The notes: a model not told the origin generated them from the letters alone. A stretch of DNA of 32,000 nucleotides from Nostoc punctiforme PCC 73102 (GCF_000020025.1 NC_010628.1:5070001-5102000); one strand, 5' to 3'. Counted from the first letter of the stretch, positions 7,624-16,550 are shown. Made by a program: numbers and translations.

Positions 7624-8526
7624 CTAAGCTTTAGCAAAACTTCGGACAGCAAATAAGCTTCCCATTAATCCTACAGCTGCACCGAAACTCAAGAGAATCA
7701 AGGGTAATAGTAAAACTTGGGCTGGAGTGAGTTGCACACCATTGCTAATAACTTGAATAAACTCAGGTTGATTGGCTAGCAATTTACCAAGAAACTGTTG
7801 AATCACAGAGATGAAACTCCAAGCGATCGCACCACCAACTAAACCAAAAGCAATTCCTTGTAAAATAAACGGCAGGTAAATCCAAGCTGAAGTTGCTCCC
7901 ACCAGTTGCATAATTTCAATTTCTTGCCGTCGCGCCATCACAATCAACCGAATTGTGGTTGTAGTCACTGCGATCGCAGTTAGGGTCAGAATAATTGTAA
8001 TTGTTAAAGTAATCCAGTTCAGACCTCGGTGCAACTGGGCAATGCGTTTAACTGCTTCATCGATATACTCCACCGTCTCAACTCCGGGCAACTTAGCCAG
8101 TTGCGTTGCTAAAGTTGGTACAACTTGAGAATTACGCGCTTTCACCTTCATCTCGTCAACCAAGGGATTCTCACCTAGCTGCTGCGTAGCGCCCTCAATA
8201 TCAGAAATTCTCATTTCCTTAACTAACTTAGTCCAAGCTTGGTCTTTGGTAATGGTTTGCATCGCCGCGACCTCTGGCATTTTTGCAATCAGTGGCTCAA
8301 TGTTTTCGGCCCGCGTATCCGGTTCAAGATAAACTGATACTTCTAGCTGACTACCGAACTGATAGAGTAGTTTTTCGACTTGCCAAGAGGTTTGCAAACT
8401 CAAACCAAATAAAAACAGTAATACTGTCACAGTACTTACTGCTGCCCAATTCATCCAACCTCCCCGCAGTAAACCGAGGAAAGTTTCTTTAAGCAGATAG
8501 TCTAGTTTCGTAAAAGATTTAAACAC
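7624..8526 (-). CDS. ftsX: cell division ABC transporter permease FtsX-like
   Basis: 300 aa with an N-terminal TM helix, a large periplasmic-type loop and three C-terminal TM helices, which is the FtsX architecture. No ftsE is adjacent. Confidence 0.8.
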   Translation of the reverse strand: MFKSFTKLDYLLKETFLGLLRGGWMNWAAVSTVTVLLFLFGLSLQTSWQVEKLLYQFGSQLEVSVYLEPDTRAENIEPLIAKMPEVAAMQTITKDQAWTKLVKEMRISDIEGATQQLGENPLVDEMKVKARNSQVVPTLATQLAKLPGVETVEYIDEAVKRIAQLHRGLNWITLTITIILTLTAIAVTTTTIRLIVMARRQEIEIMQLVGATSAWIYLPFILQGIAFGLVGGAIAWSFISVIQQFLGKLLANQPEFIQVISNGVQLTPAQVLLLPLILLSFGAAVGLMGSLFAVRSFAKA

Positions 8527-8529
8527 ACA

Positions 8530-8625
8530 TCACCCCAGTCAATAATTCGTAATTCGTAATTTATAATTCATCATTCATCATTCAGCACTCCCGATACCCA
8601 ATTCCCCACTCCCCATTCCTCAACT
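8530..8625. repeat. STRR-like heptamer arrays in the ftsX/def divergent spacer
   Basis: AATTCGTAATTCGTAATTTATAATTCATCATTCATCATTCAG followed by CCCAATTCCCCACTCCCCATTCC. Confidence 0.65.
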
Positions 8626-8674
8626 TGATAGAATGAAAATAGTAAGAATTTTCACCATCTAGCCATTGAGACTC

Positions 8675-9238
8675 ATGCCTTCTGAAATTGCTGTAGAGAA
8701 AAAAAAGTTAAAAAATCCACCTTTGGAGCTTCATTATTTAGGCGATCGCGTGCTGCGTCAAGCTGCAAAACGGATTTCTAAAGTAGATGACGAACTTCGC
8801 CAGATGGTGCGGGAAATGCTGCAAACTATGTACAGCAAAGATGGCATTGGTTTGGCTGCCCCCCAAGTGGGAATTCACAAACAACTAATAGTCATCGATC
8901 TGGAACCAGAGAACGCAGCTAATCCCCCTTTGGTCTTGATTAACCCCACCATTAAACAGGTCAGCCGCGACATCTCTGTTGCCGAAGAAGGATGCTTAAG
9001 CATTCCTAACGTATATCTAGACGTAAAGCGTCCCGAAGTCGTGGAGATAGCCTATAAAGACGAATATGGTCGTCCTCGAACATTAAAGGCTAATGACCTT
9101 TTAGGACGCTGTATTCAGCACGAGATGGATCACCTCAACGGCGTGGTATTTGTAGACCGTGTAGAAAATTCCTTGACTTTAGCCCAGGAGCTATCTAAGA
9201 ATGGCTTCTCGTATCAAGCGGTGAAACCAATAGCATAG
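8675..9238 (+). CDS. def: peptide deformylase
   Basis: All three PDF motifs are present: GIGLAAPQVG, EGCLSIP and QHEMDHLNG. ATG 8675 is preferred over TTG 8666. Confidence 0.93.
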   Translation: MPSEIAVEKKKLKNPPLELHYLGDRVLRQAAKRISKVDDELRQMVREMLQTMYSKDGIGLAAPQVGIHKQLIVIDLEPENAANPPLVLINPTIKQVSRDISVAEEGCLSIPNVYLDVKRPEVVEIAYKDEYGRPRTLKANDLLGRCIQHEMDHLNGVVFVDRVENSLTLAQELSKNGFSYQAVKPIA

Positions 9239-9248
9239 GGGGCTAGTA

Positions 9249-9452
9249 GTGTATTTAACTCCAAAAAGCAGTTTATTTCTGGGTGGTTCTTGTGTAAGTG
9301 CGATCGCAGCTGTCGGTTCAATTTTTGAACTCAGTTACGGACAGCCAGATTTGGGTTTCCAAGTCACGGCGATTATCCTCGCATTGAGCATTCCACTCAC
9401 CGGATTATTTTTCTTTGCCGCAGTGAAGGACGCAAGGGCTAACATGAAATAA
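9249..9452 (+). CDS. small membrane protein (67 aa, two predicted TM helices)
   Basis: GTG start 10 nt after the def stop. Two hydrophobic segments. Followed by a strong terminator hairpin. Confidence 0.5.
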   Translation: MYLTPKSSLFLGGSCVSAIAAVGSIFELSYGQPDLGFQVTAIILALSIPLTGLFFFAAVKDARANMK

Positions 9453-9467
9453 GCATCAGGTACATAA

Positions 9468-9524
9468 AAAAGGTAAAAGGATGAAGGAAAAGGCAAAATT
9501 CATTCTTTTACCTTTTATTTTTAC
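9468..9524 (+). terminator. rho-independent terminator after def and the small ORF
   Basis: Arms AAAAGGTAAAAGGATGAA (9468-9485) and TTCATTCTTTTACCTTTT (9499-9516) pair with one mismatch around a 13-nt loop. ATTTTT follows. Confidence 0.65.
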
Positions 9525-9529
9525 TCTGG

Positions 9530-10200
9530 ATCTTCCACTGCCCCTAAAGCTTTCAGCTTTACTAACTGCGCTGCGGTTAACCCCGTCACGCCGGTGATAT
9601 TCATTCCTTCGTAGGGTTTTGGCAATGTCTACGACGGGCTACGCCTACGCAGTGTTTTTAGGCACGTCGTTTCCATTAAAGCATGGCTCATAAATAGCTT
9701 AATCTCGCCAGTAGTAATTTCGTGACAAACCTGTTCAATTAATTGGTCAGTCATGTATTCCATCCACCACAGGCTGGAGAGTGAAAAGCGCAGTTCTTTG
9801 TTCAATTAGCGATCGCCTACGTAGTGATTTTAGTGCTTCCAGTACTTCCCTTTTGGGCAAGGGACGCACAATATCATCTAGCAATTTGTGTAGACAAACT
9901 AACTCGCGCTTAATATCCAGATTGCTTTGGTAATTCAGCTAAGAGCTTAATTTTTCATGCTCTGCAAATATAAAGACCACCTTCGTAGGCATTTCCACCA
10001 TAACTGTCGGGGTTGGCTGTCTTGCTAATCCTATAGACTAACAACAACGGCTCTGGGGGAAATGTACTTTCGCCGATCTTAGTCATCTTAGTGGCGGGAT
10101 AAATCTCTTTGGCAATTGTCAACAAAGCTAATCAACCAGCATATTTTGACATCGTTAAAATAGCTATGGCTCCATCAAGTTCCAAGGAAAAACGAGACAT
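9530..10200 (-). pseudogene. decayed, internally deleted remnant of a STAND (NACHT/NB-ARC plus repeat) NTPase-type gene
   Basis: The minus strand reads MSRFSLELDGAIAILTMSKYAG*LALLTIAKEIY... and later ...LDIKRELVCLHKLLDDIVRPLPKREVLEALKSLRRRSLIEQRTALFTLQPVV, then a frameshift, then MEYMTDQLIEQVCHEITTGEIKLFMSHAL. An SDR insertion follows, then NITGVTGLTAAQLVKLKALGAVEDPE*. These peptide patterns are typical of cyanobacterial STAND/WD40 proteins but here carry several stops and frameshifts. Confidence 0.45.
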
Positions 10201-10331
10201 TCTAATCACCAAGATGAGGCAGATGATGACGAGTTGAAATAACAGATATGAGAACATAAAAGTTATTGTTTGGATGTCAACTTAGAGCCAGGGCTGAGGT
10301 CATTTGCCCTTTTAACTTCTAAAATAGAAGA

Positions 10332-11162
10332 ATGCTGTTAACTCCTACTCAACTACTGCGACTGTCTCAAGGACAACTCAACTTACTAGAAGCTTGTCCG
10401 CGTAAATTTCAACATACCTATTTAGAAAAACTCAATTCGCCCTCAAACCCAGAACAAGAAGAACGGCAAACTTTGGGTAGTCGTTTTCACTTGCTAATGC
10501 AGCAGCGAGAAATGGGTTTGCCAATTGATAGTTTTTTGCAAGCAGATGCTAAACTGCAAAGCTGGATGCTAGCTTTTACCGATGCAGCCCCAGAAATTTT
10601 AACGGCTGCATCTGATAATCAAACTTTCCGTGAGAGTGAACACTACCGCACCCTGCAAGTTCAAGATTATTTGCTGACGGTTGTCTATGATTTATTGATT
10701 GCAGATAACCAACAAGCGCAAATTCTCGACTGGAAAACTTATCCTAAACCACCCAATAAACGCGAGTTAGAATCCAACTGGCAAACACGGCTTTATCTCT
10801 ATGTATTGGCTGAAACTAGCGATTATTTGCCAGAAAATATTTCCATGACTTACTGGTTTGTCCAATCTGAGGGTAAGCCGCAAAATATTAAATTTAATTA
10901 CAATACTGTTCAACACACAAAAATAGCAAAGAAACTTAATCAACTGTTAAGCCAGTTAACTAATTGGCTGGAAGATTACCAAAATAACCAGCAGTTTCCT
11001 CAAGTGGTGGATGGTAGTAAAACCTGTGATTATTGTCAGTTTGCCAAACGGTGCGATGCCTACGGCGGTAAACTACGCACACAAGTTACTGAAGAAGCAG
11101 TGAAAGACTCATTGCCCAATTTTGACAGCATTCAAGAAGTCTTACTCAACTCCATACATTAA
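10332..11162 (+). CDS. Cas4/AddB-like PD-(D/E)XK nuclease with Fe-S cysteine set
   Basis: An N-terminal Cys (LLEACPRKF) plus a C-terminal C-x2-C-x5-C (CDYCQFAKRC). A D-x-K core (ILDWKTY) and a QxxxY motif (QTRLY). Together this is the RecB-family nuclease signature. Confidence 0.8.
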   Translation: MLLTPTQLLRLSQGQLNLLEACPRKFQHTYLEKLNSPSNPEQEERQTLGSRFHLLMQQREMGLPIDSFLQADAKLQSWMLAFTDAAPEILTAASDNQTFRESEHYRTLQVQDYLLTVVYDLLIADNQQAQILDWKTYPKPPNKRELESNWQTRLYLYVLAETSDYLPENISMTYWFVQSEGKPQNIKFNYNTVQHTKIAKKLNQLLSQLTNWLEDYQNNQQFPQVVDGSKTCDYCQFAKRCDAYGGKLRTQVTEEAVKDSLPNFDSIQEVLLNSIH

Positions 11163-11215
11163 AGGATGTTTGTCAAGTCCAATAGGGATATAAAAAAATC
11201 ACAACTTCTAAATTT

Positions 11216-11845
11216 ATGTCAACTTTTGACGAAACTGAAGCCATTTATGTCCGCGAATTAGGAATTGATGACATTGCTCCTGTTTACCACTTGGGAGAAG
11301 GGTTATTTACCAGCGATTTATATCCTTATTTATACCGCACCTGGGATGAATGGGAGGTGATTGGACTTTACAACACCGATCCAGAATACTGTCTTGTGGC
11401 TGAAACAGACGGAGAATTAGCCGGATTTATTTTGGGAACTATCATCACCAAAGCATCCTGGACTTATGGATACATTTTATGGTTGGGAGTTAGTCCGAAG
11501 TATCAGCGTCGGGGAGTAGCAGACAAGTTGGTGGATAAAGTCGTCGCCCGAATGATTGAAGATGGGGCGCGGTTTATGCTGGTAGATACCGATCCCACCA
11601 ACACTTCAGCCTTAAAGTTTTTTAACCGCAAAGGTTTTGGTAATACTCGCCAGCATATTTTCTTGTCGATGAATTTAAGCAAGCATGAATATTATGGCAG
11701 ATTAATTGATTACGAACACCAAAAAGCTGAAAGAGCCGGTTACAAGCGATCGCGTCCGGCAATTCGCGCCCGTAAAGCTGATAGTGTCGCTAATGAAGTA
11801 ATTCTCAATCCCCTAGTGAATGAATCTCAAACAACTGAGGATTAA
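11216..11845 (+). CDS. GNAT family N-acetyltransferase
   Basis: Acetyl-CoA binding motif QRRGVADKL, with a typical beta4-alpha3 segment (WLGVSPKYQRRG) and a following ALKFFNRKGF. Confidence 0.85.
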   Translation: MSTFDETEAIYVRELGIDDIAPVYHLGEGLFTSDLYPYLYRTWDEWEVIGLYNTDPEYCLVAETDGELAGFILGTIITKASWTYGYILWLGVSPKYQRRGVADKLVDKVVARMIEDGARFMLVDTDPTNTSALKFFNRKGFGNTRQHIFLSMNLSKHEYYGRLIDYEHQKAERAGYKRSRPAIRARKADSVANEVILNPLVNESQTTED

Positions 11846-11859
11846 TCCCCAATTTAATA

Positions 11860-14310
11860 ATGGCAGAACAACAGCAGTGGACTATAACAGCAACCGAACA
11901 ACCCCTAGAGTGGTTCATCCAAGCGGTGAAACAGCATACACCCCTATCAAGTGGAATATATGCAGCACAATTGTTGTGGCAACGGGGAATTAAAGATAAT
12001 CAACAATTAACAGCTTTTATTAACTATAAAGATTATCAACCAGCGAGTCCCTTTGAGTTTGGGCAGGAAATGCAGTTAGCGATCGCCCGGTTGCAACAAG
12101 CATATAACGCCAAAGAAAAAATTGCCATCTGGGGAGACTTTGATGCTGATGGGATTACCGCTACATCTGTACTTTGGGATGGATTAGGGCAATTTTTTAA
12201 ACAGAATACTCAGTTAATTTACTATATTCCCAATCGCCTGAAAGAATCTCACGGTCTCAATAATCAAGGTATTGATAACTTAGCAAAACAAGGTTGCAAA
12301 TTAATTGTTACTTGCGATACTGGCAGCACAAATATTGAGGAAATTATCTACGCTAAACAGCTAGGCATAGATGTAATAGTTACAGACCATCATACTTTAC
12401 CAACTGAACGCCCACCCGTCGCAGCAATTATCAATCCCCGCTATTTTTCAAGGGAACATCAGCTGTTTAATCTTTCTGGGGTAGCGGTAGCTTACAAGTT
12501 GGTGGAAGCGTTATATCAAAGTCTGCCTAATGTTGCCAAACATCCGTTAGAGGATTTATTAGATTTAGTAGCAGTAGGATTAATTGCCGACTTAGTGCAG
12601 TTAAGTGGAGATTGTCGTTATTTGGCGCAGTTGGGAATTCAACGACTACAAGAAGATTTTAAACAGCCACCAACAGCGCGTCGTCGTCCGGGGGTGGGGC
12701 GATTATTAGAATTGTGCCAGAAAAGTGGCGATCGCCCCACAGATATTTCCTTTGGTTTGGGGCCAAGAATTAACGCCGTCAGCCGCATCCAAGGTGATGC
12801 TAGTTTTTGCGTTGAATTATTAACCAGTCGAGATGTCAAACGTTGTAACGAATTAGCCGAAGTTACAGAACTCGCAAACACCAGGCGCAAATCTTTACAA
12901 AAAGATGTACAAGCGCAAGTAGCACAAAAACTTACTCAATTAGATTTATCAACCACCAGCGTCATCGTCCTAGAAGATGCCCAATGGCCTGCGGGTGTAT
13001 TGGGTTTAGTTGCTGGACAGGTCGCACAAGAAACAGGTCGCCCCACGATTTTGTTAAGTACAGAACTAGCAGGGGAAGAAGATTTCGCCCTTACTCCATA
13101 CTCCCTACTCCCTGCTCCCCTCGCCCGTGGTTCTGCCCGTTCGGTGAATTCGGTAGATTTATACCAACTGGTGAAAGACCAAGCACATTTGTTACATCGT
13201 TTTGGCGGACATCCCTTTGCAGCTGGTTTGAGTTTGTTGGTGGAGAATATTCCTTTATTTACAGCAGCAATTAATCAGCAGTTACGGCAATCTTTAGGTA
13301 GCACAACCCTAACGCCAACTGTGCAAGCAGACTTGACGGTAACAGTAGCAGACTTGGGGAAAGAGTTATTTTTGGAACTGAAAGTGCTAGAACCTTGTGG
13401 AATGGGTAATCCTGTTCCGAAGTTGCTAATTCAAAACTGCTGGTTTGAAAATGCTTGGCATCGCAATCAGCAGGATTGGCAAGGAAAAAAGGTACAGTAC
13501 ATTAAAACTGAGTTTGATATTCGGGATGATTCCGGCAGAAGTGCTTTTCCTGGCTTATGGTGGGGACATTACAAAGATGAATTACCCATAGGAAGGTGTG
13601 ATTGCATAGCTGAATTAGACTACAACACCTTTAAAAAACGTTATGAAATCAGATTAATTGCCGTGCGTCCCAGTGTTAACTCAGCACTTAACACTCGGAA
13701 TGGGCTAAACGCCCCACTATCGCTAACACCACTCATCTTAGACTTACGGAATCAAGAACACTCACAACAGGCTACGGCTAACACAACTCAAGACGGGCTA
13801 AACGCCTCGCTAACAGCGTTGATTCTTGAAGATTGCCCCACGAGTTGGGATAATTTACGTGTATGGTTGCGGCGATGTCTAACGATAAGCGGCTCTGCAT
13901 CTTCACATGAAAATCAACAACAATTAGCGATCGCTTGGTCTAAACCCAAGCACCAACCACCCCATCAGATTTGGCTGACTCTTGTGGGAATTGCCAAATA
14001 TCTCAGTCGCACAAATCAACCAGTTACCCGCGTCCAACTTTTAGAGAAAATCGGTATCAGTGACCAAACCTTACTTGTAGGCATCAAAGCTTTAAAATCT
14101 TTAGGGTTCACAGTCAAACGACAAGACAATTATTTACAATTTACCTGGCATCCAACTGATAGTGCAGAAAACTTTGCTGATGCAGCAGTGGCAAGATTTT
14201 TAGCTGCTGTGCGAGAAGAACAATTTCAGCAACAGTATTTTGCCGAGGTGCCTTTATCTACTATTGTGGCGATCGCAAATTCCGAAAATTACATGGGTAC
14301 AAACCTTTAA
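11860..14310 (+). CDS. recJ: single-stranded-DNA-specific exonuclease RecJ (long cyanobacterial form)
   Basis: DHH family motifs GDFDADGITA, TCDTGS and VTDHH. DHHA1-type GGHPFAAG. A C-terminal extension of about 200 aa. Confidence 0.9.
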   Translation: MAEQQQWTITATEQPLEWFIQAVKQHTPLSSGIYAAQLLWQRGIKDNQQLTAFINYKDYQPASPFEFGQEMQLAIARLQQAYNAKEKIAIWGDFDADGITATSVLWDGLGQFFKQNTQLIYYIPNRLKESHGLNNQGIDNLAKQGCKLIVTCDTGSTNIEEIIYAKQLGIDVIVTDHHTLPTERPPVAAIINPRYFSREHQLFNLSGVAVAYKLVEALYQSLPNVAKHPLEDLLDLVAVGLIADLVQLSGDCRYLAQLGIQRLQEDFKQPPTARRRPGVGRLLELCQKSGDRPTDISFGLGPRINAVSRIQGDASFCVELLTSRDVKRCNELAEVTELANTRRKSLQKDVQAQVAQKLTQLDLSTTSVIVLEDAQWPAGVLGLVAGQVAQETGRPTILLSTELAGEEDFALTPYSLLPAPLARGSARSVNSVDLYQLVKDQAHLLHRFGGHPFAAGLSLLVENIPLFTAAINQQLRQSLGSTTLTPTVQADLTVTVADLGKELFLELKVLEPCGMGNPVPKLLIQNCWFENAWHRNQQDWQGKKVQYIKTEFDIRDDSGRSAFPGLWWGHYKDELPIGRCDCIAELDYNTFKKRYEIRLIAVRPSVNSALNTRNGLNAPLSLTPLILDLRNQEHSQQATANTTQDGLNASLTALILEDCPTSWDNLRVWLRRCLTISGSASSHENQQQLAIAWSKPKHQPPHQIWLTLVGIAKYLSRTNQPVTRVQLLEKIGISDQTLLVGIKALKSLGFTVKRQDNYLQFTWHPTDSAENFADAAVARFLAAVREEQFQQQYFAEVPLSTIVAIANSENYMGTNL

Positions 14311-14373
14311 AAACGTGAGATCGACTGCTATTTTCGGGCAAATCCCTTCTATATTGATGAAAATTGCTAGCCT

Positions 14374-14573
14374 AAGATCCCCAACTTCTTAGAGGATGTT
14401 TGAAAAGTTCTCTTGTCAGTATCAAAAGTTCTAGATCCTCCTAAGTCCCCCTTAGAAAGGGGGACTTTGATTCCGGTTCCACCCTTTTTAAGGGGAGTTA
14501 GGGGGGATCTAAAAGTGCTTAAAGTTACAGCAAAATACTTTTCAAACAACCTCTTAGAGAAGTTGGGGATCTT
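14374..14573. mobile_element. MITE-like element of about 200 bp with terminal inverted repeats
   Basis: The left end AAGATCCCCAACTTCTTAGAGG (14374-14395) is inverted against the right end CCTCTTAGAGAAGTTGGGGATCTT (14550-14573), with a 2-nt indel. Inner arms GTTTGAAAAGT and ACTTTTCAAAC are also inverted. An internal hairpin is GTCCCCCTTAGAAAGGGGGAC. There is no transposase inside. Confidence 0.65.
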
Positions 14574-14621
14574 GTCGTTCACAAATGATTTAGGATTACT
14601 AGATGGTATAACAATCAACTG

Positions 14622-15575
14622 ATGACCGAGGAACTGGGAAGAGCAGATAATGATAGCCCGTGGAAAGAAATTTTAGAAGCTTACTTTCCCCAAGCAATGC
14701 AATTTTTCTTTCCCCAAACAGCAGAACTAATTAATTGGGAACGTCCCCACGAATTTCTCGACAAGGAATTTCAACAAATTGCCCGCGAAGCAGAACTTGG
14801 TAGGAGATATGCAGATAAATTAGTTAAAGTCTGGCAAATTCAAGGGCAAGAAACTTGGCTATTAATCCATGTAGAAATTCAAGCGAAATCAGAAGATTCT
14901 TTTGCAGAAAGAATGTTTTCCTACAACCTGCGAATTTTTGACAGATTTGCTAAACCTGCCGTGAGTTTGGCAATTTTGTGCGATACCGATCCGACATGGC
15001 GACCCAATCAATATAGTTATAATTATCCCAATACCAGACTTAACTTTGAATTTGGAACCATCAAGCTGCTGGATTATCAAAATCGTTGGACAGAATTAGA
15101 AGCTAGCGACAATCCATTTGCAACTGTAGTAATGGCACATTTGAAGACACAGCAAACAAATAAAAAGCCGGGAGAACGGAAAGCTTGGAAATTTAGCTTG
15201 ATTCGCCGATTGTATGAATTAGGATTGCAAGAAAAAGATATTCGTAACCTTTACCGATTTATTGATTGGGTTATGATTTTACCAAAAGCCTTAGAAGCAG
15301 AATTTTGGCAAGAGTTTAAGCAATTTGAGCAGGAGCTGACTATGAGCTACATTACCACAGGTGAACGCATTGGTTACGAGCGCGGAAAACAGGAACAAGG
15401 ACAAACACTCGTCCTACGGCTACTAAAAAAACGGGTAGGAGAGTTACCACAAGAGGTTCGGGGGGGCATTCAAACTCTTTCCATAGAGCAATTAGAAGCA
15501 CTTGGCGAGGCTTTATTGGATTTTACAACCCTTGAGGATTTACTTAACTGGTTGGAAGCAAATCAAACAGCGTAG
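14622..15575 (+). CDS. Rpn-family recombination-promoting nuclease / putative transposase (PD-(D/E)XK) with a DUF4351-like tail
   Basis: N-terminal DSPWKEILEAYFPQAMQFFFP ... RRYADKLVKVW ... LLIHVEIQ pattern, and a C-terminal LVLRLLKKRVGELPQEVRGGIQTLSIEQLEALGEALLDF. Confidence 0.78.
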   Translation: MTEELGRADNDSPWKEILEAYFPQAMQFFFPQTAELINWERPHEFLDKEFQQIAREAELGRRYADKLVKVWQIQGQETWLLIHVEIQAKSEDSFAERMFSYNLRIFDRFAKPAVSLAILCDTDPTWRPNQYSYNYPNTRLNFEFGTIKLLDYQNRWTELEASDNPFATVVMAHLKTQQTNKKPGERKAWKFSLIRRLYELGLQEKDIRNLYRFIDWVMILPKALEAEFWQEFKQFEQELTMSYITTGERIGYERGKQEQGQTLVLRLLKKRVGELPQEVRGGIQTLSIEQLEALGEALLDFTTLEDLLNWLEANQTA

Positions 15576-15763
15576 AATATTTCTTGATGGAAATAGTTCA
15601 AGACTTACGAAACTGGCACACATATCTTTTACTACAAGAGTCAAGGGCCAATGGCTAAAAATCAAACTTTTGCAATTACTGGGTAGGTTGGAAGTACAAT
15701 AGTCGCGCCTCATCTGCTTCTAGCTGTTCTTGCTGAGTATAGGCACGATAAACTAACGCTCTT

Positions 15764-16336
15764 TTATGTCTCTGGTGAGAGAAAAATGCTGTGATTTTCT
15801 GAGATTCTTGAAATTCCTTGAAGGCTGTGAACAATACAGGCGGTTGAGTACATCAGCTTAAGATGTTCTAACGACTGGATACGCTCTACGAGATTAATTG
15901 ACTCCTCAAAAAATTTATCTTTTCCTGATAAATCATCAACGTCACCAGAGGTGAAAATACTACCTTTGGCATCGGTTTCCATAAGAATATTTTCTACTTC
16001 GCTGCAACCGATATAAAAAGCATCACTACTAATATGCATTGCTAATTGAGATAATCGGGGACGATCAGCATCTCTAGCCCGACGGCATATTAATTGCTCC
16101 GGCAATACTTTGACAATCGTCCATCCGAATGATCCAACAAACAATCCAATTATCCACAATTCGTTACATAATAGCCAAGGTTTACCACGCAGTTTTTCAA
16201 TATCATCGTCAGGAAGGATCGGTAAAGGGATACGCCGACAGCCTTCTTGCTCAAGAATGTGGGTCAAAGCTTGTTCTATTAATTCTAGGTTATTACAACG
16301 GATATAGTAGGTGAAATTAGAAAATTTACTACTCAT
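15764..16336 (-). CDS. hypothetical protein (190 aa as called; C-terminus uncertain)
   Basis: AT-rich ORF with no recognised motif. A +1 frame stays open from about 15850 down to the stop at 15677-15679 and looks more protein-like than the called tail. Confidence 0.5.
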   Translation of the reverse strand: MSSKFSNFTYYIRCNNLELIEQALTHILEQEGCRRIPLPILPDDDIEKLRGKPWLLCNELWIIGLFVGSFGWTIVKVLPEQLICRRARDADRPRLSQLAMHISSDAFYIGCSEVENILMETDAKGSIFTSGDVDDLSGKDKFFEESINLVERIQSLEHLKLMYSTACIVHSLQGISRISENHSIFLSPET

Positions 16337-16550
16337 TACAAACTTGTTAACCTGAAATTATTTGATAATAACTAGTTTTTCTAGGAGCGTTAAAAGTCAG
16401 GTATATAGTGAGAATCATTCCATCTGTAAACAAGTATATTTAATTTACTATTAGGTTGAAGCATCTTTAGAAGATGTCTGAAAAGTAAAAAAGCCCACGT
16501 AACGGTATCTTGTCAGTAGAAAAAATCCCATCGAACTCACGTTTAAAAAT

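Noticed and set aside
12639-13274. ORFs 12639-12890 (-) and 12984-13274 (+) inside recJ
   Set aside because: They are nested in or antisense to a strongly supported recJ frame, and their translations are Arg/Ser/Pro-rich with no protein-like character.
14367-14622. ORFs of 83 aa (-) and 69 aa (+) with PLKKGGTGIKVPLSKGDLGG-type peptides
   Set aside because: They are mutually overlapping translations of the MITE-like inverted-repeat element. They are repeat DNA, not genes.
16520-16545. tRNA fragment or att site suggested by GAGTTCGAT on the reverse strand of the 13-nt motif
   Set aside because: The T-loop-like GTTCGAT is not flanked by complementary T-stem arms or an acceptor stem. No tRNA gene is detectable anywhere in the window.
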